Shown here in pieces: positions 1-11,626 of a DNA stretch of 64,000 bases. The DNA lies in assembly GCA_951406725.2 (NCBI GenBank), contig OX597834.1, forward strand, positions 23,126,001-23,190,000, written 5' to 3'. Source of the stretch: Octopus vulgaris (Eukaryota). The notes beneath the pieces are model-generated. The model saw nothing but the letters and a program-made list of their open reading frames with translations, was not told the DNA's origin and made no database searches. The position numbers were made by a program, and so were the translations under genes. Position 1 is the first letter of the stretch. The number at the start of each line of letters is the position of its first letter.

Positions 1-660
1 AAACAGTTTGGCAGGAACTGATTGCACCAAACTGCAATGTCTGCTTTTCTATGGTTCCAATAGCTGGATACTCTTCTAATGACAACCACTCTACAGTGTC
101 TTCGGAGTGCTGTTTTAATGCCATCGACAACACTAGTGTGGTCAAGATCTCTCGATTGAGTGGCAGCAAGTATTGAGGGAGGTGAAAGTATGACAGATGG
201 ACAGGACAAGGTGTCTGACTGAAGAAGAAATATATGGCTAACCCAGTTGGAAAGGGGAGATGGTGAGGGTGTATCCTCAAGGTACAAGGTGAACAGAAGA
301 GAGAGAGACAGAGACAGAAAGGGTGGGTGGGTAGCTTCGTCTCTGATTAGAGATGGGGGATTATAGAAAAGAAAACATTTCTTATAAGTACACATACACA
401 CGCACACATATATATATTCGCAAACTGAAAATGCATTTTGAAAAGTTATCAAAAATATTGTTTGAAATTTTACAGAAGGGCAGTTTATGGATGTAGTTTT
501 GTATGTTCAACCAAATGTGTGTGACTGTGTATATATATAGATAGATATAGTAGTTAAAACTAAATAAACTTATTACTTATTCAATGATGTCATTAGACTC
601 AGCATAGTTTTGTGCTGTGTTGAACTGTTAATCCCTACACATTTTTTTTTTGCTTCCCAA

Positions 661-699
661 TCTGTTCTGTTGAAGAGCATAGGCTTGAAACGTCAAAGA
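661..699 (+). ncRNA. Minimal type I hammerhead-like motif (CTGTTGA variant) in a Penelope-like terminal remnant, decayed copy
   Basis: CTGTTGA-A-GAGC..GCTT-GAAAC-GTC-AAAGA; same family as 20363 and 39175. Confidence 0.5.
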
Positions 700-979
700 C
701 TTCTCCATTCTTCCTGAGAGTTAAGCTAATACACCTGCTTGTTGTTCCTTCACCTATCTTTGTCATTTGTTTTGTGTCTCTTCGTGAAGATCTGGAAGTT
801 AAAGGACAAAAATAGCAATTGTCATCTAATAGGGAACATTGCTAGGATATGGTAAGTCTTATGCTATGATATAGTTATAACCTCTGCTGTTGGGAATTGT
901 TGGAAATCTTAAACTGCATGGGTGATGTTATTGACAGATAAGGATCAAATGTCCACATTCTATCTGTAGAACTTTTTTT

Positions 980-1197
980 ACTCTTTAGCATTTAAACTGG
1001 CCAATCCCAGCCCAAATATTGTTTCATATTCAAACTGGCCATATCCAACCTCTCACACCTAACCTACACTGACATTCTAAAAATAAACAACCATATCATC
1101 AAAACCTCGAAGCTATGAGAGAATGCAGGGTTAATTCAAAGTAATTTGAATGAAAAGGTGTTGTATTTAACAAAGTAATCTGAATGCTAAAGAATTC
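980..1197. mobile_element. piggyBac-like MITE, decayed
   Basis: Ends ACTCTTTAGCATT / AATGCTAAAGAATT are imperfect inverted repeats; related fragment near 53455-53596. Confidence 0.45.
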
Positions 1198-2772
1198 AAC
1201 TTTAAATGATTCTATTAAGCATTCTCAAGTGCCAGATTATGTATCTGTAACTCTACAATATAGACCTTATCTACTGATAATGAGATTCATGGATTATACA
1301 GAGGTAGCCTGATGTATCCTAATACTCTTAACATCAATGATTGAAAATTCATATAATTTACAATTTAATAACTTTATTCAATTTGCTTCTAATCTTAGTT
1401 TTGGTATCTTATAATTGCTTAATCCTTCCAAGTTATGGCCTTTACAATTCTTTTAAAATTTTCTTAAATGCTTCCCATAAGTTAAAATTATTATTATTAT
1501 TAATCATGTGACTTACAGGATTTGCTTTATTCTCAATAATAACATGCAAATATTGGTGAACAAAAATGCTGGCATCCAAGGCTTTGAAATTTTGCAAACC
1601 TTTGATTTGAATTAACCCTGCATTCTCTCATAGCTTCTCTGCATTTTTCCCCTTAATAATAGCTAATATTCTATTAGTTCTACAGTAATTAATAGGTGCG
1701 CTTTAACCAATAGGATGAAAATGAATAAGAAATGCTTGAATTTATTAACCATGTCACTCCTTTGATCTATAAAATAATAGAGTAAATGGGTTTCTTTTTG
1801 AGAACATCAGCAACTGATTTGAAAATTTAAATATCACGTTTGGCACCTACCATCTGCTGGTTTATAAGTCTCTTTTGCCAGTACTAATTTCTATGAGAGG
1901 TGTCGTTAAGTTTAATGACATCTTTAGTTTAAATATACCTTTTAACAATTCTATAATTTACAACCTTATTCTGATGTCCACCTTCATAATTGACTGATTA
2001 CAGTCCCACACACGTTTCTTAAAGGTAATTCTGATTTGAAATTTCATTTATTGAGACGTCAACATGTTACTGTTGGCTTGTATATTCGGTAAACTTGATG
2101 AGTTGGGAATTGCATAGCATTACATAATTTTATGGATGTTGTGCTTACTGCATACCTAACTGTATCATGTTTATGTAACAATTAAGATTCTTCACAAAAC
2201 AACTGAAGTAGTACCAGGTAACCCATTTGTCTGTTTTTATGCCACACTTAAGGTTCCATTCATTGTTGGGTACCTTTGAATGTTATCAGAGCTGTGCATT
2301 ACCTAACAATGAATACCTCATCATTAATGCATTCTGTGCTATGACAACAGATTGTCTGTTTTGCATCATTCTGTCAAGCCAATAATTGTGGCATGCTTCA
2401 CTTTGATACATCCTTAATGAATCTCTTTTAATCAAATCAATCTATCAATATATACACATATATTTACATACATACACAATCACACATGCATGCAAATTGA
2501 TATGTATGTGTGTATACTCTTTTAGATGGCTTAAGATGCACCTCAATTTTTGCAGTGCTTTTCTTGAAATATCATTCCTATTTTATTTATTACCCATTGG
2601 TTTTCAATGTATGGAGACACTTTTCTCTATGTACAACACCAGCAGTGAAATCTGAAGTAGAGAATGTATACTTTAACTGTTACAAGTCTTGCAGAGAAAG
2701 AGGTGAAACACACACTAATATATACATATATAAGAATGTGTGTGTGTGTGTGTGTATGTACACACACACAAC

Positions 2773-2925
2773 AGGCTTCTTTCAGTTTCCATTTACCGAA
2801 ACCCAATGTCAAGGTTTTGCTTGGTTCAGGGCTGAAATAGAAGACACATGTCCAAGGTGCCATGTGATGGGATTGAACCTGAAACCACAGTTAGAGGTTA
2901 AACTTTTTTATCCTACACCCATATA
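2773..2925 (-). mobile_element. tRNA-derived CORE-type SINE
   Basis: Reverse complement of GGCACCTTGGGCAAGTGTCTTCT CORE-like block; many copies in window. Confidence 0.7.
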
Positions 2926-3453
2926 TGTACAATGCATGTAAATAATATCTAAGCATATAGATTAGATAAATGAAATAATGCACACAAAATATTAAAAGTA
3001 TATCCTATTGTGTTATAATGAAATATTTTATTTAAAGAAAAAGATGCGTTGTTGTTATCCCTGATTTAATACATGCCTCCGTTGTTTACCCACAATGTCA
3101 AATACATCAACTGTATCTTTTTCTCCTTTCTGGAGACAAGGTCAGATAGAATATATCTACTTTTATTAAGATTATGACAATGGTAAGTTATCTCACCAAT
3201 ATAGATGTAGTTATGGTTATAAAAAAAAAATAGAGTTGTTATCACATTGTTATATCTTCTATCATGTGTGAATATCTTTATAAGATGATGAATGACTTTT
3301 GACAGTACTACAGCTATAGTTTGGTATCAACAGATACAGGAGTTGTTACTTTCTCAGAGATTTTATCACAGATATCTGTTATCTTTTTTCCTTTCTATGA
3401 ATATATTTATCATCTGAAGTAATGTCAGTCAGAAAACAAGTTTGACATAAATA

Positions 3454-4284
3454 TCAAAGTGGAATGGCCTTCTCGCCTTTATGAATATGTTTGTGAGTTG
3501 TTAACATATTACTCCTAGAGAATGATTTGCCACAGATATCACAGTGATAAGGTGTCTCTCCTGTATGAGTACGCTTGTGAGTAATTAAGTCACTACCTAC
3601 AGCAAATGATTTACCACAGATATTACAGAGATATGGCTTCTCTCCTGTGTGAATACGTTTGTGTCTAGTGAAGCTACTACCACTAGAGAACATTTTACCA
3701 CAGGTATCACAGTGATATGGCTTCTCTCCTGTATGAGTACGTTTGTGAATAGTTAAGTCAGGATTTCTAGAGAAAGATTTACCACAGAAATCACAATGAA
3801 ATGGACTCTCTCCTGTATGAGTACGTTTGTGAGTAGTTAAATCACTACTTCCAGAGAACAGTTTTCCACAGATATCACAGTCATATGGTTTCTCTCCAGT
3901 ATGAATACGTCTGTGTTTCGTTAAATGGTCACTTACAGCGAATGACTGGCCACAAATATCACAGTGATATGGTTTCTCTCCTGAATGAATACGTTCGTGA
4001 ATAGTCAGGGAATGTTTAAGTCTGAATGACTTACCACAGACACTACAATGGTGTGGTTTTTCCCCCGTATGAATGCGTTTGTGCGTACTTAAAGCACTAC
4101 TCTGAGAGAATGATTTACCACAGATACCACAGTGATATGGCTTCTCTCCTGTGTGACTACGTTTGTGAGTGGTTAAACGACTACTTACAGAGAATGATTT
4201 ACCACAGATATCACACTGATATGCATTCACTTCTTTATGAATATATTTGTCAATATTTCTTGTATCACCGTCAGATGATGACAT
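3454..4284 (-). CDS. Tandem C2H2 zinc-finger protein (9 intact fingers), ZNF-A
   Basis: 276 aa ORF of CxxC-x12-HxxxH repeats with TGEKP linkers; single coding exon. Confidence 0.95.
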   Translation of the reverse strand: MSSSDGDTRNIDKYIHKEVNAYQCDICGKSFSVSSRLTTHKRSHTGEKPYHCGICGKSFSQSSALSTHKRIHTGEKPHHCSVCGKSFRLKHSLTIHERIHSGEKPYHCDICGQSFAVSDHLTKHRRIHTGEKPYDCDICGKLFSGSSDLTTHKRTHTGESPFHCDFCGKSFSRNPDLTIHKRTHTGEKPYHCDTCGKMFSSGSSFTRHKRIHTGEKPYLCNICGKSFAVGSDLITHKRTHTGETPYHCDICGKSFSRSNMLTTHKHIHKGEKAIPL

Positions 4285-4699
4285 TTTACAGATATTTCAC
4301 AGCAGTTATCTCTTTCTTTATGCCATCAGTAAAAATCAATCTTTTTAGACTGTTATACAATTAATTTTCTTCTCATACAATATATTAACCATAATAGTTC
4401 TTCCCTCACTACAAAATACTGACATTTTTCTTATCTTCACTTTTATATTTCATTCCTACCATTTCTATTGTAAACTTCAACTTGGATTAAAATGTAAAAC
4501 AAGTCTTGTAGTTGTTCCAGACAGCAAAGTCGCAAATAATCTCAGTTCAAGAGGAAATTCTTCATGATAATTCTACCACAGATTTATATAAACAGAGTTA
4601 TATGTTGTGCATAATGTCTTCGTTTAGTCTTTAAATGATAAAAGGTTTGGGGATACACCTCAGGTAAACATTCTTTTATATCAACGTTGCCTGTTATTT

Positions 4700-4920
4700 C
4701 TGAAATAATAGAGAAACAGTATAAGATATAGGGGATACTTAAAGGTAGAGGTCAACAGTGGAAAATTTACATTTCTATATAAGTAGAAATTACAAGAAAA
4801 ATTTTTTTCCTTTCAAATTTTATGGAGATAATCGTAATCTGCACCTTCAAAGATATATTTCAGGAAAATGTTTTTAACCTTTGTAGGAAAAGATCCATCT
4901 ATTTAGAAATTCTGAACAAG

Positions 4921-4981
<61 letters not shown>

Positions 4982-5429
4982 AAATTGGAAAAATTCCGAA
5001 AACATTCCATTGTTGGTTGGATAGACATGGCTGGAACGTCAGTGTTATATTTCATATTAAAGCAGGTTATTAAAATAAAACTTTTAATGAATCTACACAC
5101 TACTAATATATACACACGAGTAACTGTGTATAAACAGAAACTAAAACGTTTCGTTTTTTCCATTCTAATTTTTCAGTTTTCTTGTCCTGTTTATAATAAG
5201 CAACATCCCTCCTTAGACAGTAAAATGTAATTCGAGGGAAGATCTGACTGCTATTTATAGCACGTATGGGCCCCTTCTCAATGTGTGGTTGTTAATGTTG
5301 TTGCCGTTTAGTCCCGGCTCAAGTCCTGACGGAACAGATCTACGAAATGTAGATTGTTTGATCGAATAAGAACAAACATAATTTATTGACGTACGAAGAA
5401 ATGGAAATAACATTAAACTAAAATGATAC
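4700..5429 (-). other. 5'UTR intron of ZNF-A
   Basis: Donor GAG|GTATCA at 5429 and acceptor tattatttcag at 4700; both positions mirrored in the ZNF-B paralog. Confidence 0.65.
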
Positions 5430-5755
5430 CTCGGATAATTCTAGTTGAGTAACGCCGATGTTTGAATTGGTGGAAAAGTAGCTTGGTCTCTGTCCATTAT
5501 TAGCTTCCAGTTGTTGGTTAAGAAATGCTGTAGATTGTTTGTGTGTGTAAGTAGTGTAGGTGGACGTCAAAATGAATGGGTAAATATGCTTTGTCAATGG
5601 AATTAGGCTCGCAGAACACTGCCTTGGAAAAGATCAGCAACACTGGAACCGTATGGAATAAATGACACACTGTCCAAGAAGCAAAGCGGAAGTTGAATTT
5701 TATTGGTAGGTTTAGGTCATGTGATAAAACCTATTGCAATATAGATGCGCGCGTG
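5430..5755 (-). promoter_or_regulatory. Non-coding first exon and promoter of ZNF-A (ETS-like CGGAAGT, E-box GTCATGTGA, GCGCGC box)
   Basis: CGGAAGT 5687-5693, GGTCATGTGAT 5715-5725, TGCGCGCG 5746-5753; homologous blocks at 9032-9310 and 15833-16410. Confidence 0.65.
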
Positions 5756-6439
5756 TGTGAACTTCTCTACGGAATATGGTAAACTCAGGGCTTCCTATTT
5801 ATAATTTTAAACAGCACCATTTAGTTTCTTTCCCAACATTATAATTATTGAACTAAGTGAAGCAGGGAAATGCTGAAAAGTATTCAACAATTAGTGGGGG
5901 GTCATGTGTTTTTGCTTCGAAAGATTTGTTAACTCTTTGAAATTCAGAAATAGTTTTTCTTGTCGTAGAACATTAAGCGTAGGACTTCAGCCGCACAGCA
6001 ATGTTCTTCATTCCTCGCAATTTAGGGGGTTCCCCCTCCACCTCAATTAGTCCACCCCATCAAAAATAAATTTCTGAGGTCATATACAGAAATATTACAT
6101 CAGCAAAAGTGGAACTATGTCCAAACTAAAAACAGTCCTCATTATATAATGAAAATGAAAGGGCCTGTTCTATTAACAGGGGTACCGAAATTTAATAAGG
6201 GTGGGAGACTGAAATTTAATGAATGGCAGGCAGGTATTTAATGGGGGGAAAGGAAGGCTATATAATTAAATTAATAAAATTTTGAAATTTGAAATTAAAA
6301 ATTAAATATTGGAAATTAGAAATTAAGAATTGAAAATTTTAAGTTAGAAAATTAAAAAAATTGGAAATAGAAAAAGTATAATAAAATCTTGAAATATCCT
6401 GGGCCTACACTGGCCGAAAGTTATCAAAGTCATCAAGCC

Positions 6440-6660
6440 TTGGGCCTACTCTAGACCCAAGGCTTGAAATTTGAGTGCAGGGGATGGAGTTGGCTGATTA
6501 TATTGACCCCTAGGGATCAACTGGGATTTGTTTTATTGATCCTGTAAGGATGATAGGCATAGTCGACCTTGGTGAAATTTGAACTCAGGACATTAGAATG
6601 AATGAAATGCCACTAAAAGTTTTACCTGGCATGCTAACAATTCTGCCAAATCACTGCAGC
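6440..6660 (-). mobile_element. SINE with MESC/Meta-like central domain
   Basis: Reverse complement of the GAGTTCAAATT..GAGGTCGAC..TCATCCT consensus seen in many copies. Confidence 0.65.
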
Positions 6661-6717
6661 AAATATCTATAATAAATAATGGCTACAAATTTTGGCACAA
6701 AGCCAAGCAAGTTGTCA

Positions 6718-7170
6718 GACGCTTTCGGAAATTCACGATGTGAATTTTCCAAGGCCTCTCCCCCACCCCCTCTTTCGCGAGCGCGGATTTTCTTTTGTTA
6801 TATTCGTTTAGAGCAAGTTGTTTTACACATATTACATTATTATTATTTTTTTTTGGCGATGCTTCGGTATAAGTACACACGTGACTTTGTTTACATTTCT
6901 GAAGATAACAGAAACCCTTTTCTCCCACCCCTAATCCTAACCCCCCATATATTAAAAAAACACAACACTTTCTTGAAATGTATCCGGTACTTACACCGAA
7001 GTTACGCCTTTTTTTTGTTTTTGTGCCCGGGTCTGACCCTCTGACGCTTTCGGAAATTCACGATGTGAATTTTCCAAGGACCCCCCACCGCATTCGCGAG
7101 CGCCCATTTTTTTTGTCATATTCGTTTTGAGGAAGTTGTTTTACACATATTACACTATTTTTTTTTTGTT
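6718..7170. repeat. Tandemly duplicated unclassified element (possibly Helentron-associated)
   Basis: GACGCTTTCGGAAATTCACGATGTGAATTTTCCAAGG at 6718 and 7043; 6860-7008 has an inverted homolog at 9479-9620. Confidence 0.55.
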
Positions 7171-7782
7171 TCTATGACCGGGTCAAACGCTTTAGTTTGG
7201 CCGTCGTTTCTAAGTTTCGGATTTTATTATGGTTTTACACTTTTTCTTGTTCTTCTCAAGCGATAAATTATTTTATGTAACGGCTGTTCTTTAAACAGTT
7301 TCGTTTCTGTTTCAAATATACGAACATTACAGGTTTCACACATGTAAACAGCGGTCTTTTGAGATATATATGTAGGCTCTATTCACCGTTTACGTTAGAT
7401 TGTTTACACGAAACCAAACCATGGGAGGTCACTGTCATGACTTCCGGTCAATTTACTCATATTTCGTTTTTTAAGTCCTCAGCTGTTTGTCAACCAGGAA
7501 ATGTGTCTACCAAATATCATTTTGAAAATACCGAAGAAAAAACAAAATGCAATTTCAAGAACAAGGAAAAAAATTGATGAGGTTGGGAGCAACAAACTGT
7601 AGTTACAACGAGCCAATGCATGTATAACTAGTGAGAGAGGCAAAATAAACTCCCACATTTTAGAGGTTGACAAAAAGGCCAAAATAAATATTATTTGAAA
7701 AAGTATTTTAATAATATTAACCTGAAGGAATACAGTTCGTTTCACATTGGTTTTGAAAATGATATTCTCCAAATGGTGGTCT

Positions 7783-8397
7783 CTAATCGATATAAACTGT
7801 TGTAGTTGGTTTCTTAAGTTTTTCATCACTCCGTGAGTCGATTTCATTACTCGGCGAGTCAGTTACATTACTCAGTGAGTCAGTTACATTATTCGGCGAG
7901 TCAGTTACATTACTCGGCGAGTCAGTTACATTACTCGGCGAGTCAGTTACTTTACTCGGCGAGTCAGTTACATTATTCGGCGATGCAGTTCCCTCACTCG
8001 GCGAGTCATATTTATGAAGTTCCTTAATAACCATTTTCTGCGGTTCGAAGTTGAGATCGGAGTGTAAAATTCTCCTGAGTGTTCGATCCGACAACCCTAG
8101 AGCAGAGGCATGTTTCCGAGCTGAACGGTTAGGTGATTGCAAAATATATTGTCTCACGGCTTGGACATTTTCTGGAGTTCGAATGCTCCGAGGTCTTCCA
8201 GGTGGATTTTTTTTAAGCGCTGAACCTGTAGTCCTGAACCTTTCAGTCCATAACAATATCGATTTTCGGCCTGGAACAGCATCATTTCGATTGAGTCCGA
8301 AATGAATACGAAAAGCTCTCTGGGTCGTAATCACAGATTCCCCATTCTTAATATACGTTTCAACCGCAAAAGCACGTTCTGGACCAGTCCACACCAT
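7783..8397 (-). CDS. Tc1/mariner transposase-derived DNA-binding protein (DUF4817-like HTH + GRPR + second HTH) with DSPSNVT heptad tail; no DDE/D domain; 204 aa
   Basis: MVWTGPERAFAVETY..TQRAFRIHF..W.ERFRTTGS..PGRPRSIRTPEN..SPNRSARKHA..LSDRTLRRILH; uninterrupted frame; ATG at 8397 just after acceptor tttcctttcag (8406). Confidence 0.85.
   Translation of the reverse strand: MVWTGPERAFAVETYIKNGESVITTQRAFRIHFGLNRNDAVPGRKSILLWTERFRTTGSALKKNPPGRPRSIRTPENVQAVRQYILQSPNRSARKHASALGLSDRTLRRILHSDLNFEPQKMVIKELHKYDSPSEGTASPNNVTDSPSKVTDSPSNVTDSPSNVTDSPNNVTDSLSNVTDSPSNEIDSRSDEKLKKPTTTVYID
7826..8008. repeat. 21-bp coding minisatellite, about 8 copies
   Basis: Unit TTACTCGGCGAGTCAGTTACA; encodes DSPSNVT on the minus strand. 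Confidence 0.95.
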
Positions 8398-8497
8398 GAC
8401 AGTAACTGAAAGGAAATGATAAAAAGGCAAAACTTTAGCTACATGAAGACATTCATTACCAATTTTCACTAGCATCACACTAATAAGCGTGGAAAAT

Positions 8498-8537
<40 letters not shown>

Positions 8538-8716
8538 CAGTGGTTTTCAACCAGGGTTCCGCAAGAAGTTACAAAACTGCTAAAATCGGCAGTAATTTTT
8601 AATTCTCCTGTGCAGATATGTGTGCATAAAACTATTAAATTATTGCACAGAGGCTCCTCGAGCCAGTGGAATGTTTCCTTGGGGTTCCGCTCCAGCAAAA
8701 AGTTTGAAAAGCACTG
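8538..8716. mobile_element. hAT (Charlie-like) MITE
   Basis: TIRs CAGTGGTTTTCAA / TTGAAAAGCACTG with perfect 8-bp TSD GTGTATAT. Confidence 0.85.
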
Positions 8717-8749
<33 letters not shown>

Positions 8750-8754
<5 letters not shown>

Positions 8755-8958
8755 GCCGGGCGAAATACGTAGCCGTATTTCGTCTGTCGTTACGTTCCGA
8801 GTTGAATTTCCGCCGAGGTCGACTTTGCCTTTCATCCTCTCGGGGTCGATAAATTAAGTACCAGTTACGCACTAGGGTTGATATAATCGACTTAATCCCT
8901 TTGTCTGTCCTTGTTTGTCCCCTCTGTGTTTAGCCCCTTGTGGGTAGTAAAGAAATAA
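8750..8958 (+). mobile_element. MESC/Meta-like SINE, 5' truncated
   Basis: CCGAGGTCGACTTTGCCTTTCATCCT..GGGGTCGATAAATTAAGTACCAG and AAAGAAATA tail. Confidence 0.75.
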
Positions 8959-9031
8959 ATATATATATACACAAACACACATACATGTATGTGTAAACGA
9001 AAAAACAAAGACAGCTGAATACAATAAATAC

Positions 9032-9310
9032 CTGTTAGGTTTCGAAACGTTGTAACTACTGCAGATGGACGTCAAGATATTTCACGGAACACGGAGTTTG
9101 TATGGAATAAATAATCTTTACTGGAATATTGGGGGTAGGGTGGAAGTGGCGAAGCTGAGATACTTCCGAAATAAAGACAGAACGGAAGTAGAATTATTGG
9201 ATGTTCATTTGGCTATTTAGGTCATGTGATAGCAACGGAGAGAGAGGCGGGTGTCTATAGCAACAAGTTGAGATGGATTACTCCCGTTTAGCCAAATGCG
9301 CGCGCGCGCC
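9032..9310 (-). promoter_or_regulatory. First exon/promoter paralogous to those of the ZNF genes
   Basis: TGGACGTCAA, GTATGGAATAAAT, CGGAAGTAGAATTATTG, TTTAGGTCATGTGATA and TGCGCGCG in the same order as at 5560-5753. Confidence 0.7.
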
Positions 9311-9326
9311 TGCTTGTGTGTATTTA

Positions 9327-9479
9327 GGTGCAGGCATGGCTAATTGGTAAGAGGTTTGCTTCCCGACTACATGACTCCAGGTTCAGTCTCACTGTGTGGT
9401 ACCTTGGGCAAGTGTCTTCTAATATAGCCTTGGGCTGATCAAAGCCTTGTGAGTGGATTTAATAGACAGAAACTGAAAG
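9327..9479 (+). mobile_element. CORE-type SINE
   Basis: tRNA-like head with GGTTCAGTC B-box then CCTTGGGCAAGTGTCTTCT. Confidence 0.75.
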
Positions 9480-9640
9480 GACGTAACTTCGGTATACGTA
9501 CCGGAAGTATCGGATACATTTCAAGAAAGTGTTTTTTTTATATATATGGGGGGTTAGAGTTAGGGTTTCTGTTACCTTCAGAAATGTAAACAAAGCCACT
9601 TACGGTACGTATACTGAAAGAAGCCCATTGTATATGTATA

Positions 9641-10405
9641 TGTAGTGTGATGGAGGAAAAGGACAACAGAAGAAAGATATACAAAAGGCCTTACCTCGGC
9701 GAAATCAGCGGTCTCTTTCACCAATTCAACATGTCTTGTCGCTCTACCGTCTGTGCTGGAACTGATCACGCTTCCTTGCTGACCACACGTGCTTCCTGCC
9801 CACGCATGTGCCTGTCACTCTTCCGCCGGCCCCTGCAAGCCTTACTTCCGCCCACCTCATCTGTCATCCTCTCCACCAACACCACATAGCTCATCACAGC
9901 CCATTTCACTGCCAACACCACACGTCCCCCTGATCTACAGATCATTCAACTGGCTTTCCCACTCACTCCTCGCTCCCGAACTCACACCTTAACTGGTTTC
10001 ATAATCAGCCAACCAGGGAGGGTGCCGCTCCCTCTCTGGTCGCAGTGCGACCCTAGGACTGGCCTGATTTCCTGGCATGTTGCTGCTGGCTTCATCATCT
10101 TGTCTACTGATGTTGTCTTCATCTTCTTGCCCACTGCTGCTGGTTCCATCCTCTGAGGTATGGACAATCTTCCATATATAATGTGGCATGGCATACCATC
10201 GACAGAGAGGTTCTTCAAATTGATGGAGGTTATCGTTCCCTTTCCCCATCGTGACGTACTCCGTGCGTTTTACCCAAACTTCTTCCCCGACCTGCACAAA
10301 GGCGTACTCTTCCTCTGCCCTGAGTCACATTGATGCAGTACACGGATGCTTCTACTCGTACCTGAATATTGTCTCCTCAGCCTGTCCTGATCTGGGCAAC
10401 ATATG
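9641..10405 (-). mobile_element. Gypsy-type LTR retrotransposon remnant: integrase C-terminus, PPT and 3' LTR (9641-9922)
   Basis: QVGEEVWVK and RPERERHPPWLADY motifs; AGGGGGA PPT next to an LTR bounded by TGTAGTGT..ACACCACA. Confidence 0.7.
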
Positions 10406-10599
10406 ATATAAACCATCATCATTTAATGTTTGCTTTCCATGCTGGCATGGGTTAGATGGTTTGCCTAGAACAGGTAAGCCAGTGGGTTATACCAGGTTCC
10501 AGTCTGATTCCTGGTGCAGCTCTCCACCATACCAGTTCCAGTCAAACCGTCCAACCCATGCCAGCATGGAAAGCAGACATTATATATATATATATAATT

Positions 10600-10780
10600 A
10601 TTCGCATTCATTTAAGTATAGAACAAAATGTAATTCTATGAGACTTAGTAAATGCATTTGGGATTTAAAAGATAGGAGCATTAAGCAGGATTTAGTTACG
10701 TACCATCATACAACATTAGTAATTTTAAATGTGATCTTTGCCTTGAGGAAATGTATTAAGTAATTACTTCTAAATTAATA
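10600..10780 (+). mobile_element. Penelope-like GIY-YIG C-terminal remnant
   Basis: HSFKY..RLSKCIWDLKD and CDLCLEE resemble the ORF at 24457-24795. Confidence 0.55.
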
Positions 10781-11626
10781 TTATTGAATTATAAGGTAGT
10801 TTTATATTGAAATGTTCTCACAAATATAAGAAAGCATTTAAATAACCCATTAGTCATTATTGCATTTCATATACTATATGCATAATTTTTCTAAAAATGT
10901 ATAGCATAAATAGATAATTGTCATGACATAGAATTTTTATGTTCCTAATTCTCGTAACATAGATTTCATGTTTATTTTTTATTCTTTTGTAATCTACTGA
11001 CATCATCAAAGGTTAAATACTAAACTGGCTTTTCTTAGAATATTATATTCCTTCATAATGTTCTTCCTGTATGCGTTCATCTACAAGGGATATTTTCCTA
11101 GTTCACTTTGAATTTAACCAATTTTGGATTGCCTTCATAATATTGTGTGTGGGATAGATATATTTGTGGATATCTCCTCTATATCAAGACAATTATTTCT
11201 GTCCTTCTATTATGCTCTAACCTTTCACCTGGCACACATTCACTTCCCTCCCTCAACTAAGAGGTCTTTAACTTGCAAGCTACTGGTACCACATAAAAAG
11301 CACCCAGTACACTCTGTAAAGTGTCTGCTGTTAGGAATGGCATCCAGCCATAGAAACCTCAAAACAAACAAATGGAGCCCAGTACAGCTCTCCGGCTGTT
11401 GTCAAACTCTCCAGCCTGTACCAATAGAGAATTGCTGTTAAATGATGATGAAGATGGTATGCATGTAATGTAGCCACAGACATGTAGTAGGAAGTTTCTT
11501 TCGCAACCACATGCATTTGGGTTCATTCAGTGTGACACTTTGTGTAAGGGTCTTCTATAGCACTAGGTTAACCAAAGCCTTGTGAGTAGATTTGATAAAT
11601 GGTTGGCGTTAGGAAGGACATCCAGC

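Larger units (their letters stand above)
8406..9031 (-). other. 5'UTR intron of the transposase-derived gene
   Basis: Donor CAG|GTATTT at 9031; polypyrimidine tract + AG at 8406; contains (TG)n, a hAT MITE and a SINE. Confidence 0.6.

Noticed and set aside
1200-2430. Possible decayed coding sequence
   Set aside because: Many stops in the frames inspected and no motif I could identify
4026-4364. Antisense ORF over ZNF-A (also 14501-14689)
   Set aside because: Shadow frame of repetitive finger codons
8398-8550. N-terminal 51 aa of the 255-aa ORF call
   Set aside because: Runs through (CA)n and a splice acceptor; likely intronic, with the real start at 8397
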